This document shows positions 1-13,172 of a stretch of 64,000 nucleotides of DNA, one piece after another. The translations under genes were made by a program, and so were the position numbers. Where the stretch lies: contig CP075495.1 in NCBI GenBank assembly GCA_021613535.1, positions 11,408,001 through 11,472,000 of the forward strand, written 5' to 3'. How positions within the stretch are numbered: the stretch's first letter is position 1; every line of letters starts with the position of its first letter. Source of the DNA: Adineta vaga. Its lineage: Eukaryota; Animalia; Rotifera. The notes below the pieces were generated by a model. That model did no database searches, was not told the origin of the DNA, and saw only the letters and a program-made list of their open reading frames with translations.

Positions 1-1030
1 GACGACGTATTGTCTTTCTCTCCCTCTTTCTCTCTTCTGAAGCCACATGTATACATAAACATAGACCATGCCTGTACTGTCTCACTTTTATATAATCATA
101 TCAATAAAGAAATCAAAGCAAATAGATTCTATTCATCAAGACAATTCCAGGTGAAAATGACGTAAAAAGGTTTTCATAATACATTTCTTTTGTTCTTTAA
201 AATCATGTTTTATTTGATTGATATAATAGTTGACGAATGAGTAGAGAATCGTAAACAAATTTATAGATTCTAAAACTATTCATTTATCTTACGAAATTTT
301 AGTTCGATATTTCAAATGTATCATAAAACAGAGACGATGTAAGATAGAAATCAATTAACAATATTGACAGTACTCGTATTATTGAAATATAAAGATAGGA
401 AAGTATTGCATTTGTGCGTCACATAGGGATTTCATTTTTATGAAATGAGGTCGACCTTATCTTCACGTTGAAAGTACATTTTCAAAAATAAGTATTCGAT
501 AAGAGTGTTATAGTTCTTACGATTAAATACAAATGAAGTTTTTCGACAATGTTTTTGTATGTAAGCAAATAAAAAGTTCGAATTGGAATTTTAGGCAGAA
601 GACTTCTGTTTCAAAAAATTTTAGTTATTTCCCATATCTTATTTTCATCGAGAGAAAACTTGATAAAAACGAACTATTGATTCTTTTTTTTCATACGTGT
701 ACATTCAGACCAGTTGACTTTTGAAGTAGAAGAATATGAAAAAAAAGGCGTGTATCGACGATATTTTTTCCAATGCGTAGAGGCCTTGATTACCATTCGA
801 CTAAAAATGTGCTCGATTCAGCTATGCTGTTATGATATATAATTTACCTTCAAGAGAAATCTAATGTACAAAATCGACTTTTTTTTGAAAACCTTGCTAT
901 TTGTGATAGCATTAGATTAAAATCTATCGAATAAACAGATGATTAATGAAAACAGGCGCTCTTTCTCTAATCTGTATCCACTACTGAGTTCTTTATAATC
1001 TCATCTAAATCTTTAATCCATATCTTATAG

Positions 1031-4000
1031 ATGACTGACGAACTATCTTCTTCTTCTTCACCTTGTGCCCAATTGAGTATAATTGTTGATTTAACATCAT
1101 CACCTTTCGATTTTAAAACACTATACAATCATTTATCATCACAACCACCAACAAATAGTGATCATCATCATTGGCATTATGGTAGTCTACGCTCTTATAC
1201 AATCCCATTTCAATCTAATCTTGATGAAGCAACTATTAATTGTGTTATATCCAAATTAAAATTATTACAAAATCACTTATCTATATTACCACCATTTTGG
1301 ATTTGTTATAAGAAATGTCAACAACAACTACAGTCAACAATCCCATTAGTAAATACAACAACCGAGGTTATTCGTAAAAATGTTAAATTAGGAAAATTCT
1401 ATACAAATAATGGTTTTGATATGGAATATACAAGTGGTGCACTAGTTGAAATAAATAAATATATATGGGATATTCAAACACAAATAAAAGAAACTTGGCG
1501 TTTAGTTTTTTATCATGATAAAATCGATATTGATTATGGTTGTAAAGAAAAAAAATTGCGGAAAACATTAAAAGCTGAAATGATGGATAGATGTGCTATT
1601 ATAATGACACAAAAAGATGGTTTTACTCTCTTTATCAATATGAATGGCAATCCAATTGATTATGAAGCTATCAATCCAGATATTTCTCAGAATACAACTG
1701 ATAATAGTAACAAATATATATTTAAATAGAAAAACAAAAAACTTTCATATATTTCTTTTTTCTTTTCGAATTAGATTCTTTCTCACGTAAATCTAATGAA
1801 TCAACTATTTCGTATATTCGCACTGCATCTCGAGAATCACAACCATTTTATTCAACTATTCGTCTTACTATTTCACTTTCTAATCAATTCAACGAGAATA
1901 ATATCATTACAAATCATAGTGATGAACATAATTCCGAACAATTACAACGTTTAAATTCATGTTATACACAATTTATTGAATTTTTTCATCGAAATCATAT
2001 CAGTGATTGCTTTGGAATTATTCTAAGTATCCCATCTAACGTTGATTATAGTGTCATAACATCATTATTCAAATCGAATGGTACAACATCTTTTATTAAA
2101 CAATATTGTTGGCAAATGTTAATGTCAATTGGTTATCGTTTTCAACAACGTTTAACTACACGTTTTATTCAACAAATGAATTTAATCGATGACGATGATG
2201 AATTTTATCAGGTAAATCATTCAATAGATAATTATAGAAAATTGAGAGTACAGTTTTCAATGATCATAAAGTCTATTGAGCTTGAAAAAGACAATATCAG
2301 ATATTATTATCACAGATTTTGTTATCTAGACATCACTACATATATGGCGTCGTTCGAGTGAATATTATTTTATTAATTTACTCGATGAATTAAGCCGTTA
2401 TCGAGAAAAATTAAATGCACTTACAGCTGGCCCTCCATTATCCCCAAAATCAAGTAATAATTTTCAACTACAAGGAGTTAAAAAAGAAGAAGGGGAACAA
2501 GAACGTTGGAGTATTCAAACACCACCACGTCACTATGCTTATGTACCATCGGTTACATTAACACCTACAACTATTTGTGTAAATCCATTTAAATTAGTAA
2601 AAACAAATCGAGTTTTACGTGAATCACAATTTGGTGGTAATCTTATGTTTGCTCTTGTTGATGTTAAAGAAGAAAATGGTACTATGGATTTATTTCCACA
2701 TGATTGTAAGTTAAAGAAAAAGACGATTTCTAAAATATTTCTCATTTACGTATATATATATATATAGATCGTTCTCTACGTTGGAAAACCGAAATGTTAC
2801 TTGAATCAGGTTTTGATTTGGGTATTAAAGGTCGAACTTATCGTTATTTACATCATTCACAATCACAATTAAAAGATAAACAATTTTGGTTTTATCATCA
2901 TGATGGTAAAACAAATTTTTCATTTGAAGACGCATTTGCTTGGATGGGTGATTTTCAAGAAGAAAGAATTGTTGCTAAACATGCTGCACGTATTGCACAA
3001 TGTTTTACAAGTGCTGAAGCAACAATTCAAGTACGGAATGATATCTTTTCTCTTCGCTTATTTCGTTTATTTCTTGTAGATTCCATCTGAAAAAGTTGAA
3101 TATATTGACGATATTCATACAGATGATCATAAATATAATTTCACGGATGGTGTGGGAACCATGTCAACAATTATACGTGATAATGTAAGAGATTTGTTAT
3201 TATTTTCTTTGTCTATCGGCATTAAACCAAGAATCTTTCATATCAAACTTAGTATTTTGTTCATTCGTAAGATTAAAAATTGCTTTTCATCTCTTCTAAA
3301 CTATCTTTGCTGCTCATATTTTTAATATTCAATAAGCAATTGATTGATAGATTTCTAACTTTTCCAAAGTGATAAATGAGTATACAATCGCAGACAAAAG
3401 ATCGAACGAATAAAAATCTGAAATTAATCGTCGTCTTTTTTTTCCTCAATAGATTAATCCATATCGACAATTTTCAGCCATTCAAATTCGTTATGGTGGA
3501 TGTAAAGGTGTAATATCAGTTAATCCTGATTTAGATAACTCACCTCATCAATTACGTATTCGTCAATCGATGAGAAAATTTAAATGTTCCCATGATATTC
3601 TTGAATTATGTCGTATTTCGAAACCACGTAAACAATTCCTTTTTTTAGTACATTCAATTATTTTTATTTTTAAATTTTCTTTTGTTTTTAAATACAGGTC
3701 CATTATATTTAAATCGACAAATTATTGTTCTACTTTCACATCGTGGTATTGATGATCGTACATTTCTTTCATTACAAAATCAACATCAACAAATGTTATC
3801 TGAATCATTAGTTTATCCAACACGTGCCTATGAATTATTAGCAGAAAAATTAAATCGAAATTTATTTCCACTTCGTACATTAATTAATGATGCACATTTA
3901 AATCTTATTCAAGAACCTTTCTTTCGTCAATTGATTATAACAACAAGTAAATTTGAATTAGCACAAATGCGTGAACGTACACGTTTAAAATTACCAAGAA

Positions 4001-6122
4001 ATTCAGCGAGAAATATGATTGGAATTGTTGATGAATATGGTGTTTTAGAATATGGACAAGGTAAACATAGAATTCAGATGATAATTATCTGTATTTGTCT
4101 CTGTTCTATTTAGTTTTTATTCAGTATACGGAATTACATGGAGATTTATTAGATGATGAAATTGGTAGTAATAGTGATCCATCATCAACACCACAACCAG
4201 AAAAAACAATTATTCTTGATCAACAAGTTGTTGTTACTAAAAATCCATGCCATCATCCAGGTGATATTCGAATTTTTCAAGCTGTTGATGTACCACGTTT
4301 ACGACATTTGAAAGATGTTATTGTTTTTCCTCAACGAGGAAAACGACCACATCCAAATGAAATTTCTGGTTCTGATCTTGATGGTAATTCTCAATGAAAA
4401 TAATTTTTCTTTTCTATCTACTTTGCTTTTCTTTAGGTGATGAATATGCTGTTATTTGGCATTCAGCATTTATTCCTAAAACACCTAATGATATTCCATA
4501 TGATTACGATTCTCAAACACCAATGTTACGTGTCGTTGATCGTCCTGTAAATCGAGCAGATATTCAAGCAACTGTTTTAGATATTAGTGAACAATCCTGT
4601 GTTGGAAAACTATGTTCACTTCATTTAGCTAATATGGATGTTCATGGAGTTGCACATCCGAGAACATTAGCTATTGCTGGCCATATTTCCGAAGAATTAG
4701 ATGCACCGAAAACTGGTCAACATCCATTAACACCCAAACAAATTTCTCATTTACAAGCAGAATTAGGACATGAACGACCTGATTATTTTGATAAACCTTA
4801 TTATAAACTTTATCCATCGAAACATGTGCTTGGTAAATGTCCATATAAAGAAACATTTCATATCTAAACAAATTCTTTTTTTCCAAAAATTTATATAATT
4901 ATTCTAGGTCAATTATTTCGTTCATGTCTTCGTTTCGAACCTAATTGGGCAGCTATTCAAACTCCACCAACAACTGTATGTCCAGCGCCGATCGATCCAT
5001 TATTAGTTCATGATTTACATAATGATTATGCATCATCTGTGGATGAATTGGCTCGTACTTATCGTGAAGCAATTATGGATATTATGTATGTATATCGTTT
5101 TTCATCAGATGTCGATTTACTTTGTCGATTTGATTCCTCATCATCGCAATATAAAACACCATTATCAAAACAGCAAACCGATTCAGCATGTCTAATTGCT
5201 GATTCAGCTCAAGTAGAATTGAAACAATTAATTCGACGTATGCGTCGTTTATTTTATCATGATTTTCGTTTCTGTGATAAGACACATTCTAATCGTTGTC
5301 ATACAAATTGTAGTCAATGTGCAGAAAAGAAAATGGCTAAAGCTAGTGCACTCTATGTTTTATGTTATACAGATACACGTCATGCTCGACGTCTGTTAAG
5401 TTTACCATGGTTATTCGCACCATTATTAATTGAAACAAGAAAATTAAATATTAAAAAACAAACGAAATTATGTAAAATTGAGAAAAAAAAACTAAGTTTT
5501 ATTTGATTGAGTCTTATTTTGATTGATTTTTATTTTAGTATCACCAGTACTTGTTGCACAAATGCTTGAAATACAACCATATCGTTTAATTGGTCAATCT
5601 CTATATCGTGCACTTCAATATCTAGTTGATAAATCAAAAGGATTTTATTTTCTTCATACATATTCATTGGATAAACCAAATTCAATAACAGTTTCACTTG
5701 GACCAACGTCAACAGCGAAACGTCTTTTGTTAAAACGTCAAATCTCTTTAATGGATTATTTTATTCTGGAAATTCTACATCATTATGTCTATGAATCTCT
5801 ATCAAAAGTACGTTCGCCAATAACAGTACCAAAACCATTACTTGTTGAATCAGCTTGGCAACATATATATACACGTTTTATTCTTGGTGAATGCTCACCA
5901 CTCGTCTTGATAACAACAAATTCAAAGACGAATTCAACGATACCAGATTGCCAAAAGTGGTCAGATGAACAAGCATGTAAAACACTTCAACGCTTATTAG
6001 AAATCAGTGTTCAATGTGCTGATCATGGTGTTGATACAATTGATTATGCACATGCCAATGAATATTTCGTTTCTGCGCTTCAACAAATGGCTACAAATGG
6101 TTCATTATACATGAATTCATGA
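1031..6122 (+). CDS. RdRP: Eukaryotic RNA-dependent RNA polymerase (RNAi-type RdRP), multi-exon
   Basis: Spliced exons give the ordered RdRP motifs [102 protein letters not shown]|DEY. The catalytic DLDGD is restored across intron 4384-4436. An AG acceptor sits just before ATG 1031, so a 5' exon (ending ~150) may exist. Confidence 0.95.
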
Positions 6123-7435
6123 AAAAACAGAAGAAACAAACATCGATAGTTGGTTTATAAACCCAGTGATATATAAATATATTTATTTAAACTTTGTTCC
6201 TTTGACACATACTATTTGTATTTGGTATCGAGAGCAGAGACAGTGTCTGCTGCGATGATTTTTCATGCGTCCTTTCTTTCATTCTTTCATTCTTTCTTTC
6301 TTTCTTTCTTTCTTTTGTTGCTATTGATGGTACTTGCATTTCAAAGAATGCGAGTGTCTGTATGTCTGTCTGTTTATTTTCTTTCTATCTTTTTTTCACA
6401 CTTTTTGCGTAGAAAAGTTGTGAAAAATAGACTAGCGTAAAAAAAATACATTTATATTTGAAAAGTAAAACATGTGGCTTATTCTATTCCTTAAGATAGA
6501 ATCTATTTTGAATTTGATTTGTTTCCGACGTCTGGGATAGAATATCAAAGTTTTCTAATCAATAGAACGTCGTAGTCTGAAAATGATTGATCGTATTGAA
6601 AGAAGAATATGTAATCTGATGTGAAAGACAGCAAGGTTTTTATATTCTTGATTGAAATGAAATATGAGATACGAGATAATTCTATTGATACCAAATAGTA
6701 TGAAGATCAAATAAAGGTAAGTAATCTACTATTACTTTTTATGAAATGAACATCGATTGGACTCATTCGATGTACTGTAAAAAGAAGATGCATTGCTGTT
6801 TTTAGCACATTCTATAGGCAACGAGGCATAACACAGAATAATTAAAGATGCCTGGTCATATGCGCCCGAGAGCACTAGATCAATCAATACCAAAAAACAA
6901 CACAATGATTCATATTTTTTGAAATAATTTATGTAATGAAAGTCAGAAATATATTCAAACAATCATGAAAATAGTATAAAAATAGCATTGATTTATTTTT
7001 TATCGATCTCTTCGTTCTGTGCTGCTTTTTTCCTCGTCCTTCATCATTCATCATGTACTTGCCATCGATCAACATTTTTTTCTATTTGTTCATTAGATCT
7101 AATCATATTAGGACAACTTCAATGGAATTCGAACAAAAAATGCAAACTGGAAAGAAAAATATGCATATAAATATTATTGACTATTCTAAACAATATACAT
7201 AAATGAAACTATGTGGCTGAAAATAATTGTGGATAGAAGAAAATAATCTCACGCAAATAGTTTAGAGATATGATGAAAAGAAAAATACCAATGTTTTTTT
7301 TTCATCTATTTATTTATTAATGAATATTTTCGACTTTTACGAATATTTCTATTGCTAACTAAATGACTAAAACCGAATGTATATATAGACAGAGAACGAA
7401 CGGTTAAAGAAATAATTGTTTGAGAAAAAACAAAG

Positions 7436-7864
7436 TTATTTTTCTTCTTCTTCTTCTTCTTCTTCACCAGCTTCTTCTTCGTCGTTTCCTTCAGCTGGTT
7501 CTTCTTCTTCTTCAGCTTTTGGTTTTTGTTCATCCTTATGTGCGGGTCCTGATGGTTGACTTGAACCACCTTCACCTGTTTTTGTTAACATCCACAATTT
7601 ACGACTGCCAGACGTGCTCTCACTTGTCACAGTAAAACCAGAACGTTTGAATACTTCAAGAATATGTGCTGGTGGATCTGTACATTGAACACCTTTATCA
7701 TGATCAGATAATTTCTCATTTGTACATGATTCTTGTAAAAGTCGAATAAGTTCTGGTTGAATACGATAATTTTGAACACCAGTACTATGAACAATAGTTG
7801 GTCCTGATTGTTCTTCGGATGCTTCACAAGATACTGTTAATGTTGAATTCATTGCTAAAGCCAT
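7436..7864 (-). CDS. GTP cyclohydrolase I feedback regulator (GFRP)-fold protein with long acidic C-terminal tail
   Basis: GPTIV...PELIRLL...DPPAHILEVFKRSGFTVTS...LWMLTK parallels GFRP GPTMV...PELMQHL...DPPRIVLDKLERRGFRVLS...VWCLHK, followed by a G/S/P linker and poly-Glu tail. Start taken at MALAM after an apparent 5'UTR intron. Confidence 0.65.
   Translation of the reverse strand: MALAMNSTLTVSCEASEEQSGPTIVHSTGVQNYRIQPELIRLLQESCTNEKLSDHDKGVQCTDPPAHILEVFKRSGFTVTSESTSGSRKLWMLTKTGEGGSSQPSGPAHKDEQKPKAEEEEEPAEGNDEEEAGEEEEEEEEK
7442..7465. repeat. (TTC)8 / (GAA)8 repeat encoding poly-Glu
   Basis: Directly visible; C-terminus of the GFRP-like ORF. Confidence 0.9.
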
Positions 7865-9837
7865 GATGTTTATTAATGAATAATAAGAATTACTAAAAAA
7901 AAACAAAATAATCATATAAAAAAAGTTTCAATTATTAAGTCTTTTTTACCTTTACTTCTATATGAAAAGAGTAGACCTTGAAAATAAGTATTTATGTCTG
8001 TATGTGACTTGAATATATATATGCGCTCGTGTGAGCGAGGAGGACAAATTCACCATCCGCCTAGAATAGGAGTAGAAAAAAAACTCGAGTATAAGGAACG
8101 CAAAAAAAAAGAACGCGAAAGAATGAGATAAAAAAAGAGAGAATAATTTCTTTTCTCTATAATATATCATACGATGTAAACTAAAAGTTTTTCTCGTCTA
8201 TTGAAACATGTGTCAATATAATTGTATCATTTGCAATAGGAATCTACTTAGTGAACTATTGATTATTTTCATGGATAGTCAAGTGCTTTTTCCGTTTGAA
8301 AAGCATAGTAGTTGAAGTTTCAGAATTCCTACTAAAAACATCAATCTTTCGATTGTTTTTATTGTGTATAAACAATCGATCACAAATTAAAAACAATAAC
8401 AAGTATCTTATATAGTTTTGACCAAAGATTCATCAATGGCAATATTTTTAATAGAAAAGTTACGGTGTATTTTGAAGAAAGTTATTTAGAATTTTCTAAT
8501 TCAGATACAAACTTTATTTTGCGAATAAATACACCCACTTGAAAAAATCTATCATTAGCAAAGTAAATAAAGAATTGTTTGTTGTCATTCGGTAATGGCT
8601 TCGTAAATGGTAATTGATCGGCAATAAATGCCATAATATTCGGCTATTCTCATTTGATTTGAATCATACGATATTTGATGTATTACCTCGATGAGGTGAA
8701 GAAAAATACCTTATGATATTCTTTTCCCTAATATATATATACATATTTCCACATTATTTTATTTAATATCGAAATTTTGTGCAAAAAATATTTATCATTT
8801 CATTCGATAAACAAAATCAAAATATGCAATAACATATGCCATTAATGCATCTATAATTGCTTAACGAGCGATAATAATAGAACTATTTTGACTTCAAATG
8901 ATCGTGCATTTTGGAATAAAACTAATTTGATTTATACAACAATTATCATTTGATATTGTAAAATAGATTTTATTTCTCATTATTCAAGATCAACAATGAA
9001 CATTTTAACTTTTGTATAGATATTTCACAAGATTAACTAAGCCATCACTATATGTATTTCAATCAAGAGTATTTTATGATCAATATTAGTTCACACAATA
9101 ACAGATTTGTTTGAATAACAAGTAACTTTAAATGAACGCTAATGCGTACAGATCCTAATCAGATCAATTCGGAAATTTAGTGAACGAAAAATTCGTAGCT
9201 ATATTAGTCGTTGTAATCAAAAGTTGAATCCATATTACATTTTAAAAACAGACACTTCTTCTTATGTTCATAGATCTATCAACATTTTCGACACACCAAA
9301 TTTATTCTTTTTCATTTTACCTTGACTCGTAACTCTTCGGTTTTGATTACTTCAGATAATAAAGTGTCAAAAACAATGCTACTATGATTTATATACGGTA
9401 AGTAATGCGATAAGAAAACTGATTTGATAATCTTTCCTCTTTCGATGAAAATACAACCGCTATTTGAAAACAATAAGAACATGACTCTCTTAACTTTACA
9501 AATTTCTTCATCAAATATATTTTTTCTCTTTTTATCGCACAACTATAAAAACAAACAGGTCTTTAATGAGGAATCATTAATAGCAACACTTATGGCATTA
9601 GAAAACAAAGAAACAAACAAACATGCATACACAAAGCAATTAGAAAAGACTCAATTGTTGAGAATAAATTTCAGGAATAAAATTATCAAATGAGACTATT
9701 TTTAACTTGAAGAAGAAGAAGAAGAGAAGAAAAACAACGGTTTTGTTCTTTATCGAAATCTAAACTGTTTTCTTAGTGCAAATACATCACAGTTATAAAA
9801 TTTATGAATTGCACAAGATTTTCACTTATAGAAACAA

Positions 9838-11600
9838 TCATTTTAGTTTTTGAGCTTGATGTAAAATTTCCAATGAGTTTGTATCAAGAAAACTCTTTGT
9901 ATCTGTTGTTAACATAAATATATTGATAACCAGATTAATAATGGTAACAAAAACTACCAAAGCTAATGCAAAATCATTTAAATGTTTTAATTTTCCTTCT
10001 TTTGCTGCATTTCTTATATCATCTTTGATCATTAAATATAAAAGAAAGGCTAAACCAAATTGAAATAAAACTGATACACAAACAAGTATTAAAGATGCAA
10101 TCCAAAAACCATCACGTTGTTTTTGTAAAATTAAAGTTCGCAATTGCATGGCATTACTCGCTAATAATAAAAAAGATCAACTTATTTTACATATAGAAAA
10201 ATGTTTTATATCAAAAATGTCACTTACCTATTAAAGCTATTTCCATTAATCCAAGAGCTAAAATATCATCGAACAAATTTGAATTATAGAATAAAAATGA
10301 AAACATGTTTTTTACCAATTGTCTTTTTTGTCGCATAAGTATTAAAATTACATGTATTCTCAACCTAAGGAAAACAAATAGGTTAATTAGATTAAACATA
10401 TCTTATCTGAGAGACTTCTTGACATTTCATTAAGCAAACAACAATGAAAATATCTATGTGAACAATATAGTAAATAGAATTTAACCACAACAATTTCTTG
10501 TGTAAATGTCATATGTTACACGTATTCTGTCAACGAATCATGTTTTAGACAGATAAAGATAACAAAGAAAATGAAATGACTCGAAGAATGAACAAATTAT
10601 CAAAGATTAGATCTGTTTGCCAATGGCAAAACAAAATCAATCTTTGACATGTGAAAAAAAACGGCACTTGAACACACGTCATGTCTGGGCTGCATATGTC
10701 GACCAATGAATTAGAAAAGTGTTTAATAACTATTATGATCATTTAAGAGAATTTGCATACGGATCAACTTTTCTTTTAATTCTGAATTTCATTTGATTAT
10801 TTGCATATAAAAGTTTCTTTATACTCATAAAATTCTATTGCATAAAACTTGATCAATTTATATATACACATTTATCATGCAATGTGAACAAATATAATTT
10901 ATCCTACTTCTGTTTACTTAACACCAGAAAGAAAAGAAAGCAATTCGTCATTATTTTTTACACTATTTGATTGACATCAATCACATGGAAGAGATTATAA
11001 GTGTGGTATCTGTATACAGAAAGACAAGAAAATAAAGACAGTCTCATTATACTAAAGAAGAAGGAAAAAACTAAACAAATTCACACAGACAGATTAAGGT
11101 ACATAATAGAGATATATATATAATCAACGAATCGCAAATTTCATTATGTGAGCAAATCGATAATTGCAATCAAGAAACATAAAAGTAAATATTATTTAAA
11201 CTAGAATACTAAACAACAACTGTATAGACCACGACATAAAAAACTTACGTTTACATCACCATTAGTTTCCTCCTGATCATCCTAAGGAGAAAAGGGAAGA
11301 AAATAGCAGCTAAATTCGTTTTTAGTAATATAGACAAGAAATCAAGTATTACAACAATTGGAAAATCGATTGTGCAAGACTAGTAGAAAATGACATATTT
11401 ACCCTTCTTAATCCAGTATCGTTTGACGGACGAGTCGGATTTATATCCATACGATCGGGTGGTCGTGGTGGTAAAAGAGATTCTTCCTGTGCATTGCGCA
11501 TATATTCCGATCGTACTGGAGGTACTGGACGAATATTACTACCATTTTCAGGATACATCAGCGGAGCAGATGGTTCTTGATGATAGTTATGCGATGCCAT
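9838..11600 (-). CDS. NINJ: Ninjurin family membrane protein, 5 exons including ~30-50 nt micro-exons
   Basis: Spliced NFNTYATKKTIALGLMEIALIASNAMQLRTLI...FWIASLILVCVSVLFQFGLAFLL...LNDFALALVVFVTIINLVINIF matches the ninjurin N-x-YAxKK..M.IAL..NA.QL signature plus two TM helices. Exons ~11600-11404, ~11282-11250, ~10364-10316, ~10258-10229, ~10162-9838. Confidence 0.9.
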
Positions 11601-13172
11601 CTTTGTATCAATTATATATAACTAGAAAGAAAGAAAAGAAAAGAAAAGCGAATAAATAAATCAATTGTTAGATGATAGACTCCATAATCTTTGGAAAAAT
11701 GATCGATCATGTATGATGAATAACACGCAAATAATCCGTCAATTTTCTCTTCATACTTTTTCTTTCCCTTTCTTGTTCATTTTTTTTCTTGGTATTTTTT
11801 CAATATATTATTTTCTCTGTCTCTCATACATTACATGCCAAGGTTATCTTATCGTGTAGAGTCATATCGAATAGCGCTCTTCTCTCTCATCCGAAACATC
11901 AAATCAATTGCGACGGATAAAAAAACACATACAACGAAAATATTCTACTTGTAAGCTATATGATACTGACTACAAGAAAAAAAACTTTTTTTTTCTTCGT
12001 CTTATTAATAAAAACAAAAATTAAAAGTAAACGGAGAGAGAGAGAGAAAAAAGAATGAATCATGTACAAATGTATAGACAACGATGACAAATGTTGAGCG
12101 AGAAGAGAAAAAAATGAGAGAAGAAAGAAAAAGACAGTCTTTGTTATGAGTGAGATATCATTCAATAACGACGGCGGCGAAGTCTTTTTCTGCTTCCTTT
12201 TTTTTTCAACAACAGCACATAACAACATTCTTACATTAAATTTTTTTCTTTTATTCTCCTTTCATTGTAAGTAGTGCTTGCTGTTCATATGTGTATGGGT
12301 GTCTATATATATTTCAACAGTCGACAATAGAAGTGCACAGCTGATCATAGGACGTCATGGGCCATGTCTAATTAACCGATGGCATTGTCGGAAAATAAAG
12401 GTCATCTCAAGAGAAAAAAGATAAATAATCAATTTCAAAAAAGAAAAATAAGAAACACATTTTTCTGTTTGGAAGACAACATATTTCTCATCTGACGCCT
12501 TAATCGATATCTTCTCCTTGGTCCTTATCAATTGTCTTTAGGGTAATACAATGGAATTGATAATGTGCTCCTTACATTTATGAATAAAAAAAGATTTACA
12601 TACGTTAGTAATGATCTACGTTGTTGAAATTGATAATGATGAATAATAGGAAATTATAATGTATGAAGCAAGAAGAAAAATTTCTTTGCTGTCAATTTTC
12701 GAACTTCTTTAATCAATCAATCTTAATGTTGTTCACTCTCTTGAGAATGTCTGTGACGAGCAAATTTGATTTAATACTATATAATGAATCATACGAAAGA
12801 AAAAGCCTATCAGTGAACATGCCAAAAAAGAACTTGTTTTACTTTCTAAGATTTCTAGATTCTTTCACAGAAACACGTCATGTTATTGCAAAGACGTCAG
12901 ATTATTGTTGTCGTTTGTATATATGCACTGAATACTTTGGAAAGGAATTGAATTAATAACGAGAATGAAAAGCAAATCATCGAAAAAGCATTTGATTGAA
13001 GATGAAATGATGCACAAAATACAATGTCTAACACTCGAATTTTGTTTTTGATTCGATATGAACAATAGTATTCCATCGTTATTCTCTTTTTTTTATTTCA
13101 GTTCGTTTTAGAAATTGTTTTCAGTATTATGAAAGAAAAAAAAGCAACCAATTAAATTGCACAACACGCAGA

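Noticed and set aside
60-155. Possible upstream RdRP exon ending at CAG|GTG
   Set aside because: The frame that would join ATG 1031 has no start codon in the window; may be 5'UTR and cannot be resolved.
8500-8990. Minus-strand stretch with coding-like fragments (SSIIIAR*AIIDALMAYVIAYFDF), vaguely like a GPCR TM2
   Set aside because: Multiple stops and no consistent splice model or second motif; at best an unidentifiable relic.
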